From positions 686,682 to 750,681 of the forward strand of contig CP070689.1 in assembly GCA_020353155.1 (NCBI GenBank): DNA of 64,000 nt, given 5' to 3'. This DNA comes from Deltaproteobacteria bacterium. GTDB lineage: Bacteria > Desulfobacterota > Syntrophobacteria > BM002. Below, in pieces: positions 38,514 through 47,137 of this stretch. Both the position numbers and the translations under genes were made by a program. Position 1 is the stretch's first letter. Each line of letters begins with the position of its first letter. A model generated the notes under the pieces. The model searched no databases and had not been told where the DNA came from. It was given only the letters and a program-made list of their open reading frames with translations.

Positions 38514-40643
38514 TCAACCCTCCGCTGCAAAAGTTGGCATTTCGGGCAGTTTGATCCATTTGTTGAAATAGAAAGTGTAATTGCCAGTCTTGGTAGGCTT
38601 GATCTTCTCGTAATGCACCTGACCATCCTTGTCCCTCTCCATGATAACGATGCGCTTGTCCAGGAGGGCTGTCCACTTCCCCACGTAAAGAAAAGTGTAG
38701 GGTTGCTCTTCGGCGATAATTTGGTGCAGTCGGTGGCAATAGGCAACCTGCTGCTCACGGTTGTATTCCTGCCTGATTTTGATGATTAATTCATCCGCCT
38801 CCCTATTTTTAAAGCCCACGAAGTTGAGCTGATAGGGACCTATCTGGCTAGAGTGCCAGATCTGGTAAAGGTCCGGCTCGATCCCCATTGCCCAGCCCAA
38901 AACCAGGGCATCAAAGTCCAGCTTGTTAACCCGTTCTTGAATGAATACAGCCCATTCCAGCAAATCCGTTCGCACATCTACGCCGATCTTGCGCCAGGAG
39001 TCTTGCACAATGGAGAGTATGGCTTTACGTATATTGTTGCCCTGGTTAGTAATCAGGGTAAACTCCAAGCGCTTGCCGTTTTTCTCGAGCCATCCTTGTT
39101 TGTTACGCTTCCAGCCCGCTTCAGCTAACAACCGCAAAGCACCCTCTGGGTCGCATGGGAGTGGCTGAATCGCATGCTCATAGAAGTCAGTCTGCTTTGG
39201 AAAAGGTCCAGTGATCCGTTCTCCTTGACCATAGAGAACATAGCGGATGATCTTATCCACATCTACGGCCATGCCCAAGGCCTCTCGCACCCTTACATCA
39301 TCGAAGGGCTCGCGGCGCAGGTTGTAACCTATGTAGGTGTAACCAAAGCTCAAGCCAGAAAAACTCTGGTACCTGGGATCGTCCTTGAGGCGCTGGACTT
39401 GATGGGGCTGTACTCCATAGCTGTCCACCGTGCCAGCATAGAATTCCATCTCTTGGGTAAGCACGTCTGGCACTATGCGATAACCATACTTCAGATAGTT
39501 GGCCGGGCCGTCCCAGTAATCATTGAAACGATCCAGCAGGATGTACTGATCGGATTTCCACTCACGGAAAGCAAAGGGGCCGCAACCTATGGGATTTCGG
39601 TTAAAACTGCTCTGCCTTATCGACATTTTTTCGGGATCCAAACCCCGCCGCCGGGCTTCTTCACCTAGGGCTTTGCCATTTAACAAGTGCTCCGGCAAGA
39701 TCCCCATCATCCAGGTACCCAGGGCGGGTGAGTACAACCGTTTATAAACGATGCGTAGAGTGAGCGGATCCAGGACTTCCACCGATTTGATTGGTTCATA
39801 ATCGGGCAAACGTGGTGAAACATTGGCCGGGTCCATGATGGAGTCGTAGGTAAACTTGACATCGTGGGCATTGAAGACGTGACCATCTTGAAATTTGACC
39901 CCGGGTCTGAGATTGAAAATTATTACTGGATTATGTTCCGTGGCGGGCAGGTAGGATTGTGCGTATTCTTTCTTCTTCACCTCTAATTCCGCTGGCTCGA
40001 CCACAATGTACTGCTCGGCTCGAAAGGAAGGAAAATACCCTGGCCCCAGGAGTTGGGCCAGATTATTAAATAGATCTTGATCTACACCATACAGGGTCAG
40101 CTTGATTCTCGCTGGCGCTGATATGCGTAATCGCACCTCAGTTTTATTTCCCTCAGATGAGGCCTCTGAAATCTGGCGCTGGAACTGGCGCGGAGGCAGC
40201 GACTCGACTGCCTCGATATTGGACAGGGATCTGGACAAAGGGTCCTCTCGGGCAGCGTGCTCTTCCCTGGCCTGGTTGATAAGTCGCACAAGAACCCGAG
40301 CATCCACCTTACCGACTCCGGGAACTGCTGCCTCCTCATTCACGTAAAAATAGGCCTCTTCGTATATTTCCCAGCTGGTCGCTAAGCGTGGTCGGAAGTT
40401 CAGATTTTCATCATAGTCAAGCAGCCCCTCAAATACCAATCCATTGATATCACTGCTGGCGCTGTCTGCTGATAGAGTGGGATTGAGTAACTGAGCGTCA
40501 CCAATGGAGGCTGCCACATATTCTACAAGCCGCTGCGGATTACCCCGGGTCTGCTCTTCATAGGTGGGCACCCAGAAGTAGGACTGCAAAAGGAAGAGGA
40601 GGACAATTATAGGGAGAGCTATGAGTAATCGTCTGGTGGTCAA
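38514..40643 (-). CDS. oppA: ABC transporter substrate-binding protein, family 5 (OppA/DppA-like), unusually long.
   Basis: 709 aa. Signal anchor LLIALPIIVLLFLL. The SBP_bac_5 core contains a ~170 aa insertion (YFYVNEEAAVPG...EHNPVIIFNLRPGVKF). Confidence 0.8.
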   Translation of the reverse strand: MTTRRLLIALPIIVLLFLLQSYFWVPTYEEQTRGNPQRLVEYVAASIGDAQLLNPTLSADSASSDINGLVFEGLLDYDENLNFRPRLATSWEIYEEAYFYVNEEAAVPGVGKVDARVLVRLINQAREEHAAREDPLSRSLSNIEAVESLPPRQFQRQISEASSEGNKTEVRLRISAPARIKLTLYGVDQDLFNNLAQLLGPGYFPSFRAEQYIVVEPAELEVKKKEYAQSYLPATEHNPVIIFNLRPGVKFQDGHVFNAHDVKFTYDSIMDPANVSPRLPDYEPIKSVEVLDPLTLRIVYKRLYSPALGTWMMGILPEHLLNGKALGEEARRRGLDPEKMSIRQSSFNRNPIGCGPFAFREWKSDQYILLDRFNDYWDGPANYLKYGYRIVPDVLTQEMEFYAGTVDSYGVQPHQVQRLKDDPRYQSFSGLSFGYTYIGYNLRREPFDDVRVREALGMAVDVDKIIRYVLYGQGERITGPFPKQTDFYEHAIQPLPCDPEGALRLLAEAGWKRNKQGWLEKNGKRLEFTLITNQGNNIRKAILSIVQDSWRKIGVDVRTDLLEWAVFIQERVNKLDFDALVLGWAMGIEPDLYQIWHSSQIGPYQLNFVGFKNREADELIIKIRQEYNREQQVAYCHRLHQIIAEEQPYTFLYVGKWTALLDKRIVIMERDKDGQVHYEKIKPTKTGNYTFYFNKWIKLPEMPTFAAEG

Positions 40644-40841
40644 AGACTCACCCCTTTATTTAAGCAGATCAGATGTATCTGTCTTCATTGCCTAGGCTGA
40701 ATTTTGTATTCTAATCGGTTTTTAGAACAATAGTCCAGACCCCCGTGTTCTTACAGACGCGTTGATAGGGTGACGCGGCAACACGGCGAGGTCGAAGAAA
40801 ATTACCAAGGTTTTTTCGCTGTGCACTCTGCTCTCTGCGCT

Positions 40842-41486
40842 TTACGGATTCCGCATCGCCCGTTTGGAACTCACTTTGATGAGCCAGAATCCCAAGATTA
40901 ACAAAACTATAAAAATAATGCTGAGGATATTGAAGTAGCGAGAGATGAACTTGTTTATGGTGGGACCAAAGAAGTAAAAAAGCCCAGCTACCAGGAAAAA
41001 TCTGGCACTGCGGCTCAGGATGGATGCAATGACAAAGCGGATAAAGTCCAGTAGAAAAACGCCCGCACTGATAGTAAAAACTTTGTAAGGAATAGGGGTA
41101 AACCCTGCCACAGCCACAGCCCATACATCCCAACGTTGATAATGACGCTGCACTAACTGAATACGCTCGACAGAAACCCAGCGTTCGAGCAGGGGGCGGC
41201 CACCGATTCGCCCCAGCCCGTAGCCGAAGATGCCCCCAAGAACAGATCCCAGACTACAGAGCACAGCATACCAAAGTGACGCAGGTGGATTTGCCATGCA
41301 AAGGGGAATAAGAAGAGCATCAGGAGGAATGGGAAAAAAAGATGACTCGCAAAAGGCCAATACAAAAAGGGCCAGTCCCCCATAGGGGGTCTGGGCCCAG
41401 TGTATAACCCAGAAGCTCAGGTCTTTGATCCAACCCGCAAGTTCCATAAAAGCCTCGAATACCAGGAGCCAGAAGTCAGAATCCAA
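40842..41486 (-). CDS. DedA/VTT-domain family membrane protein.
   Basis: 214 aa. The FFPIPPDALLIP and GYGLGRIGGRPLLERW motifs are typical of the DedA (SNARE-associated) family. Confidence 0.7.
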   Translation of the reverse strand: MDSDFWLLVFEAFMELAGWIKDLSFWVIHWAQTPYGGLALFVLAFCESSFFPIPPDALLIPLCMANPPASLWYAVLCSLGSVLGGIFGYGLGRIGGRPLLERWVSVERIQLVQRHYQRWDVWAVAVAGFTPIPYKVFTISAGVFLLDFIRFVIASILSRSARFFLVAGLFYFFGPTINKFISRYFNILSIIFIVLLILGFWLIKVSSKRAMRNP

Positions 41487-41616
41487 GAGTCAGCTGGCAG
41501 CTGCTAGCTAGAAAAAGTGCCTAGTGCTTAGTTCCTAGTGCCTAGTTGAAGCGGCTACTAGCTGTCCTCTGTCGTCCGTCCTCTGTCCTCTAACTTCTCA
41601 ACTCTCATCCCCGTCT
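41468..41616. repeat. Large composite heptamer array (GTCAGAA/GGCAGCT, then TGCCTAG family, then CTGTCCT family).
   Basis: GCCAGAA GTCAGAA TCCAAGA GTCAGCT GGCAGCT GCTAGCT ... AGTGCCT AGTGCTT AGTTCCT AGTGCCT AGTTGAA ... CTGTCCT CTGTCGT CCGTCCT CTGTCCT CTAACTT CTCAACT CTCATCC CCGTCTC. It lies between the dedA 5' end and the cheR 3' end. Confidence 0.8.
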
Positions 41617-41631
41617 CGCCAACAACTATGA

Positions 41632-43080
41632 CTAGCCCTTATTCTCCAGGGCCCTGATCCTACTCAGGCAAGTGTCGATGAGTACGGCCGGAGAAAAGCC
41701 TCCGGCAAATCTCTCGTCTAGCGACTCCGGCATTTTTTTCAGGAGCCGCACCACATTTGCATATTCGAGTCTTGCCTCATCAAATTGCCCCACCTGGCTG
41801 TAGAGGTCGCCCAAATTGAATCGGGCCAGGGCATGCTCCGGCTGCAGATACAATACCTTTTTGAATTCTTCCATGGCTCTGGCGTCATCTTCCCATGTTA
41901 GATAAATGACCCCCAGCAGGTAGTGGCCGGCAACAGATAGAGGCTCCCTCTCAACGATCCTCTCACAGAGCTGTACCGCTTTCTCCAGCTCGCCCTGGTT
42001 GAGGGCAATTTCTGCCTGAAGCAGGAGTATACTTTCTGGCGCGCTTGACTCCCTCAGATATGGGCTCAAGATTTCACCGGCCTCTTGGGGTTTCCCCCTC
42101 TCTAGAAGTTCCTTTGCCCTGGCGCAGATTTGCGCAATCTCATCCGACTTTGTCCCAGCAACAGCCTTCGGTCCCTGCTTCCTGGACCTGCGGGTAGTAG
42201 TTCTCCGCCGACCCCTGATTTTTCTGTCTTTTTTTCTGACCTCTTTTTTCGGCACTCCTTTTCGATAAAAAAACGCCCCTTCTTGCTGAAGGGTGTCAAA
42301 TTCATCGGAGATATAGCGTAAGCTCTCTGAGTAACCGGCAAAAAGGTAGCCACCCTCACGCAAACTTCGGTAAAAATTGTGTATTACTTTCCTAGTGGCC
42401 TCTGCTTGGAAATAAATAGTCACATTGCGGCAAAAAATTATGTCCCAGCCAGACATCTCTATCAGTGGATAGGGCTCGGTTACCAGATTGAAGTAACGAA
42501 ATTCCACCATCTGCTTAATCGACTCGTCAAGCAAGTAGTGATTCCCTTTTCTAATAAAAAAACGGTTTAGATAGTCCTGCGGCACGTCGCGGACGGAACG
42601 GGCCGTATAGATTCCCTCACGAGCCGCCTTCAGCGCATCTTGACTTACATCGGTGGCTAGAATCTGGATTGGCCTATCCACTGTTCCTGCCGCCAAAATC
42701 ATGGCAATGGTGTAAGGCTCCTCTCCGGTAGAACAGCCCGCGCTCCATATTCGCAGTGATGCTCCCGGATAAGATTTCTTTTTAACTATCTCTGGAATCA
42801 CAAAACGTTCGAGGGCCCTGAACTGTGCTCGATCTCGGAAGAAATGAGTTTCTGGGATTGTTATCAAGTTGAGCAAATGGTCGAATTCTTTGGTACAAGC
42901 CGGAGACAAAAGGAGATTGAAATATTCGGCAAAATTACTGAGACCGCAATCTGCCATTCTTTGCAGAAGATTATCCTTGAGCAATTCTTGTTTCTCGGGC
43001 TCGAAATAAATTCCGGACCTCTCTGCAATCAGATCCCGAAAACTGCGGAAATCATTCTCACTGAGTGATAATTCGTTCAT
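41632..43080 (-). CDS. cheR: Chemotaxis protein methyltransferase CheR with C-terminal TPR repeats (FrzF-like).
   Basis: Start MNELSLSENDFRSFRDLIAERSGIYF (ATG at 43080). The CheR SAM-MTase has RIWSAGCSTGEEPYTIAMIL. The C-terminal ~150 aa are TPR (AGHYLLGVIYLTWEDDARAMEEFKKVLYLQPEHALARFNLGDLYSQVGQFDEA). Confidence 0.85.
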   Translation of the reverse strand: MNELSLSENDFRSFRDLIAERSGIYFEPEKQELLKDNLLQRMADCGLSNFAEYFNLLLSPACTKEFDHLLNLITIPETHFFRDRAQFRALERFVIPEIVKKKSYPGASLRIWSAGCSTGEEPYTIAMILAAGTVDRPIQILATDVSQDALKAAREGIYTARSVRDVPQDYLNRFFIRKGNHYLLDESIKQMVEFRYFNLVTEPYPLIEMSGWDIIFCRNVTIYFQAEATRKVIHNFYRSLREGGYLFAGYSESLRYISDEFDTLQQEGAFFYRKGVPKKEVRKKDRKIRGRRRTTTRRSRKQGPKAVAGTKSDEIAQICARAKELLERGKPQEAGEILSPYLRESSAPESILLLQAEIALNQGELEKAVQLCERIVEREPLSVAGHYLLGVIYLTWEDDARAMEEFKKVLYLQPEHALARFNLGDLYSQVGQFDEARLEYANVVRLLKKMPESLDERFAGGFSPAVLIDTCLSRIRALENKG

Positions 43081-43260
43081 TTGATTTGATCTTCTGGTCC
43101 GACCCACCAATTGGACAGCCAAAATGCAAACCCCGGTGAAACTAGCCCTTCCTGTGGAATTTAGCTCTAGGCGAGTCCGCAAGGCTGCATTCCACAAGGC
43201 GAGAATTACACCGGGTATATCTCGTCAATTTTGCCGCCGACCTTCAGGAAGCGGTATAGT

Positions 43261-44370
43261 TTATTTTTCTGTATCTTCCTGTTCAGAAATCCATTCCATT
43301 ATCTGAGGTCCAATCTCATCCAGCGGCAGCACTATTTCGGCTGCATCGAGTTCAATTGCGGCCTTCGGCATCCCAAAGATTATGCTGGTCTGTTCATCTT
43401 GAGCTATGGTGTGCCCACCACAAAGTCGAAGACTTTTCAGCCCCTCCGCCCCGTCGGATCCCATGCCGGTGAGGATGACACCAATCCCTCGCTTCCCATA
43501 ATTGTTGGCCACTGAATCAAAAAGCAACTCAGCCGACGGTCGGTGGCCATTGATTGGCAGGGATCTGTTGAGACGCACACTGTCCAGCTCGGTGACCATC
43601 ATATGGTGATCCCCAGGAGCAACCAGAACTACTCCAGCCTCGAGCAAATCTCCTTCCTGCGCCTTCCTCACCTCAAGCTCCACTTCGTTATCTAGCCAGC
43701 GGACCAAACCTTCCAGAAATCCCGTACTCATATGCTGAACAACAAGGAAGGCGGCGCTTACCTGAGGTGAAATTCCCCTTAAAACCCTTACAAGTGCGGT
43801 CGGCCCTCCGGTGGAAGCCGCGATTGCTACCACCAGAGGGGACTCTGCTAGTCTTGGCTGAGGGCGGCGGAAAGTAAAGAGCGGTTCAGGCTCAGCAGGG
43901 ACGTATTCCACCACCCGCTTCACCTTGGTAGAGGCCAGAGTGCGCAATCTGCGCAAAAAGCTGTTTCTGATCTCCGGCCGAGTGCGCCATAGGTAGAGCT
44001 CCTGCTTGTCAAGAACGTCCAGAGCGCCGGCCGTTATGGCGCGAAAGAGCTTTTCCTCCTGTTTACTCATAGAAGCGGTGATCATTACAATGGGAACTGG
44101 GAATACAGCCAGAATACGCTCCACCGCCTGAAAACCGTCAATCCCGGGAAGTCGTATGTCCATAGTAACCAGATCGGGCCTCATTTTTAAAGCGGAGGCC
44201 ACAGCCTCCAATCCATCCCCCACCGCTCCCACCACTTGAAATCGTGGGTCGGTGGTCAGGATTTCTTCAAGCAAGTCCCGGGCGCTTTTTACATCATCTA
44301 CGATCAGTACCCGGATGGGCTCGCTGCCCTCGGTATCCCTCATATTTTGCTTTTCCCGTTCAGCTGTCAT
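43261..44370 (-). CDS. cheB: Protein-glutamate methylesterase/response regulator CheB.
   Basis: 369 aa. N-terminal REC (VLIVDD...MDIRLPGIDG) and a C-terminal CheB methylesterase (GASTGGPTAL, catalytic S/H/D). Confidence 0.9.
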   Translation of the reverse strand: MTAEREKQNMRDTEGSEPIRVLIVDDVKSARDLLEEILTTDPRFQVVGAVGDGLEAVASALKMRPDLVTMDIRLPGIDGFQAVERILAVFPVPIVMITASMSKQEEKLFRAITAGALDVLDKQELYLWRTRPEIRNSFLRRLRTLASTKVKRVVEYVPAEPEPLFTFRRPQPRLAESPLVVAIAASTGGPTALVRVLRGISPQVSAAFLVVQHMSTGFLEGLVRWLDNEVELEVRKAQEGDLLEAGVVLVAPGDHHMMVTELDSVRLNRSLPINGHRPSAELLFDSVANNYGKRGIGVILTGMGSDGAEGLKSLRLCGGHTIAQDEQTSIIFGMPKAAIELDAAEIVLPLDEIGPQIMEWISEQEDTEK

Positions 44371-44415
44371 CTTGTCGTTTGGGCATGCTTTTAGAGATGT
44401 TGGTGCCTAGTTCAG

Positions 44416-47004
44416 TTATTGCTTACTGCCTTCCCCGAGCAAGGTCTCTATGGTTTCAATCAAGTTTTTTTGATCAAAGCTGCTTTTGACTAAATAGGCG
44501 TTGGCGCCTGCCTCCAGTCCCCGTCGCTTGTCCTCCTCACTCTCCATAGAGGTTACAACCACCACTGGCAAATCTTTGGTTCTCTCATTGGACCTGATTT
44601 TTCTGGTGAGGGTGAAACCGTCCATCTTCGGCATTAGTACATCTGTAAGCACCAAGTCAAAATCCTGTTGTCCCAATCTGTTCAGAGCATCCATTCCGTT
44701 CTCCGCAGTAACTACTTGATAGCCGGCCGCTTCCAAGATGCTCTTTTCCATCTGCCGGGTCACCACCTGATCTTCCACCACTAAGATCAACTGACCGTGT
44801 GTCGAGATGACCTTTTCTTCTGGTGCCCTCTCCTTCTTTCTTACCTCAGGATGCCCGCGCCATAATAGCTGGGGTACATCTAGAATGATAGCCACCTCGC
44901 CTGAACCTAGAATGGTGGCGCCGGCCACGTAGTCTACTTTCTTGAGATGGGTCCCCAAGTCTTTGCTGACAATCTCGAGCTCTCCCAATATATCCTCCAC
45001 CAGGAAGCCTACCTTGCGCTCCCCAGCTTGAAGGATCACAACCAGAACCTTGCCCTCCTTCGGTGGGCTGCCATTCCTCTCTTTCCAGCCCAAAGTGGCC
45101 GCAAGGCTTCGCACCGGCAGAATCTCTTCCTGATGCACCACTGCCTGCCGTCCCTGAATTGATTTGATCTCCTGCAGAGGGACTTGAAAGGTCTTGGCCA
45201 CAGAGAAAGCGGGAACGGCCAGGACTTCGCCAGCGCACCGGACCATGAGTGCATGGACTGTTGCCAGGGTGAGGGGCAGAGATATGGTAAAAGTAGTTCC
45301 TTTGCCCAGTTCCGAAGCGATCTCCACCTGACCTTTAAGCCGATCCACATTGGCTCGCACTACATCCATGCCCACTCCACGACCTGAGACATCAGTGACC
45401 AGGCCACTCGTGCTCAAACCCGGGAGAAAGATGAGCTCTAGAAGTTGAGCTTCGCTCCAACCCGCAATCTCCCTTTCATCCACTAGCCCTTTGTCTAAGG
45501 CCGCTTTTTTAAGGAGTTGGGAGTCAATACCCTGACCATCGTCTTCCAGGATGATAAGTACTTTGGCTCCCTCTTGCTTTGCCTCGAGTCTGATTGTTCC
45601 GAGCTCTGGCTTCCCAGCGCTTCGTCTGACATCGGGTGCCTCCAGACCGTGGTCCAGAGCGTTGCGCAGCAAATGAATCAGAGGATCGCCTATCTGCTCG
45701 AGGATGCGCTTGTCGATAGTTGTCTCTTCTCCCTTTACTGTAAAAGCAACCTTCTTGCCGAATTGCCGGCTGAGATCACGCACGGCCCTGGGTAAAGTGT
45801 TCAAGACCAGGGCCAGAGGCAGCATACGAATCTCCATACTGCGATGCTGCAAGTTCTCAATGTGACGACCGGCATTTTCTGCGGCATCTTGCAAACGACG
45901 GCCCATATCCTCTAGGGAGTCTCCAAACTCAAAGAGTTTGCTTACCAAGCCCGTCTCTCTCGCTGGCTCAGCTGAATGGACAGCATCGTAGTCATGAATA
46001 CGCAGATGCCGCCACTTGTCTCTGATTTGCATGAGCCCATCAATTTCGCTTGCAAGATGTTGTTGAGCCACAGCCGCCTCGGCTGCCAGGTTGACAAGTT
46101 CATCCAGTTTGGTTGTGGTCACCCGAACAGTATCCATGGTCGAAACGCTGGTCTCACTGACCGGAACCGATTCAGTGACTGGTCTAACCGGCTCTGTCAC
46201 TATGGCGCCTACTGCGGGCTGAAGCTCAGGCAGTAAATTGGCTAGCCGCGCCATGGTGCTTTCCGCGTCGACTCTAATCCTTTTGCTGGCCGCAAGGGTA
46301 TCCAGCATTACCGTAAGAGCATCATTGGTCTCGTACAGGGCGTCGCACGCTTCCGTCGTTACCGGGAGTTGGCTCTTTTGCAGGGCCCGAAGGACGTCCT
46401 CCATGTGGTGAGCCAGCTTTCCCATCCGCTCAAATCCCATGGTCATGGCCGAACCTTTGAGACTATGGGCGTTTCTATAGACTTCCTGTAAAATCTCATT
46501 GTTTGCTGGTTCTTTCTCCAGAACTGCCAGGCCACGGTTGATTGCCTCCACATTGTCACGAGCAGCGGCAATAAAATCTGGTAGGAGAGCCTCCATATCC
46601 TCGGGGGCTCTTTCCTCTTCTATTTCTATGGCAGTGAAGAGGAGAGGCTCCAATTCCTCAACCAGATCGGCTACCCTGCTGGAGTCCACTTCTCTGGTTC
46701 GCAGGTATTGAACAAAGAGATCTATTCCATCGAAGAAAAGGTTGGCGAGATATTCATCGAAAGGTAAGCGGCCCGCATCTACTGCCACCAGGACGTCTTC
46801 AAATATATGGGCCAACTGGCCAAGAGTCGGTGCCCTCAGCCGATTGGCAAATCCTTTTATGTTGTGCAGCTGCCGGCTTGCCCTTTCAAGCGAATCATGA
46901 GCTTTAGGATCGGTTTCAAGCCTCAGCAAAGCATCATTGAACTGCTCGAGAGCTTCCCGATAATCATCTTTCAAGGTCAAAAACAGGTCGGTATCTTCGC
47001 TCAT
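44416..47004 (-). CDS. cheA: Chemotaxis histidine kinase CheA with two Hpt domains and a C-terminal CheY-like receiver (FrzE-like hybrid).
   Basis: 862 aa. Hpt1 H in QLHNIKGFANRL and Hpt2 H in NAHSLKGSAMTMG. P3 dimerisation, HATPase N-box LLRNALDHGLE, G1 DDGQGID and G2 GRGVGMD. A CheW-like P5 domain follows. The REC domain has VVEDQ...LTDVLMPKMDG...VKS. Confidence 0.9.
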   Translation of the reverse strand: MSEDTDLFLTLKDDYREALEQFNDALLRLETDPKAHDSLERASRQLHNIKGFANRLRAPTLGQLAHIFEDVLVAVDAGRLPFDEYLANLFFDGIDLFVQYLRTREVDSSRVADLVEELEPLLFTAIEIEEERAPEDMEALLPDFIAAARDNVEAINRGLAVLEKEPANNEILQEVYRNAHSLKGSAMTMGFERMGKLAHHMEDVLRALQKSQLPVTTEACDALYETNDALTVMLDTLAASKRIRVDAESTMARLANLLPELQPAVGAIVTEPVRPVTESVPVSETSVSTMDTVRVTTTKLDELVNLAAEAAVAQQHLASEIDGLMQIRDKWRHLRIHDYDAVHSAEPARETGLVSKLFEFGDSLEDMGRRLQDAAENAGRHIENLQHRSMEIRMLPLALVLNTLPRAVRDLSRQFGKKVAFTVKGEETTIDKRILEQIGDPLIHLLRNALDHGLEAPDVRRSAGKPELGTIRLEAKQEGAKVLIILEDDGQGIDSQLLKKAALDKGLVDEREIAGWSEAQLLELIFLPGLSTSGLVTDVSGRGVGMDVVRANVDRLKGQVEIASELGKGTTFTISLPLTLATVHALMVRCAGEVLAVPAFSVAKTFQVPLQEIKSIQGRQAVVHQEEILPVRSLAATLGWKERNGSPPKEGKVLVVILQAGERKVGFLVEDILGELEIVSKDLGTHLKKVDYVAGATILGSGEVAIILDVPQLLWRGHPEVRKKERAPEEKVISTHGQLILVVEDQVVTRQMEKSILEAAGYQVVTAENGMDALNRLGQQDFDLVLTDVLMPKMDGFTLTRKIRSNERTKDLPVVVVTSMESEEDKRRGLEAGANAYLVKSSFDQKNLIETIETLLGEGSKQ

Positions 47005-47014
47005 AAGAACTTAT

Positions 47015-47037
47015 CGGGCGGGGGTCAACCCCGCCCC
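47015..47037. other. GC-rich perfect hairpin in the mcp-cheA intergenic spacer.
   Basis: GGGCGGGG-GTCAA-CCCCGCCC, an 8-bp G/C stem. It is not followed by a U-tract on either strand. Confidence 0.4.
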
Positions 47038-47096
47038 TACTGACTAGCTCACTGTTCCGTTGTAGTCAGCAAAAATATAATCTCTAATTATTTGAA

Positions 47097-47134
47097 AATT
47101 TTAGACATTTTAGCGCATTTTAGTACATTTTAGG
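47097..47134. repeat. Tandem CATTTTAG-type 8-10-mer array.
   Basis: ATTTTAGA CATTTTAG CGCATTTTAG TACATTTTAG GCAG. It lies between the mcp 3' end and the cheA start. Confidence 0.65.
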
Positions 47135-47137
47135 CAG

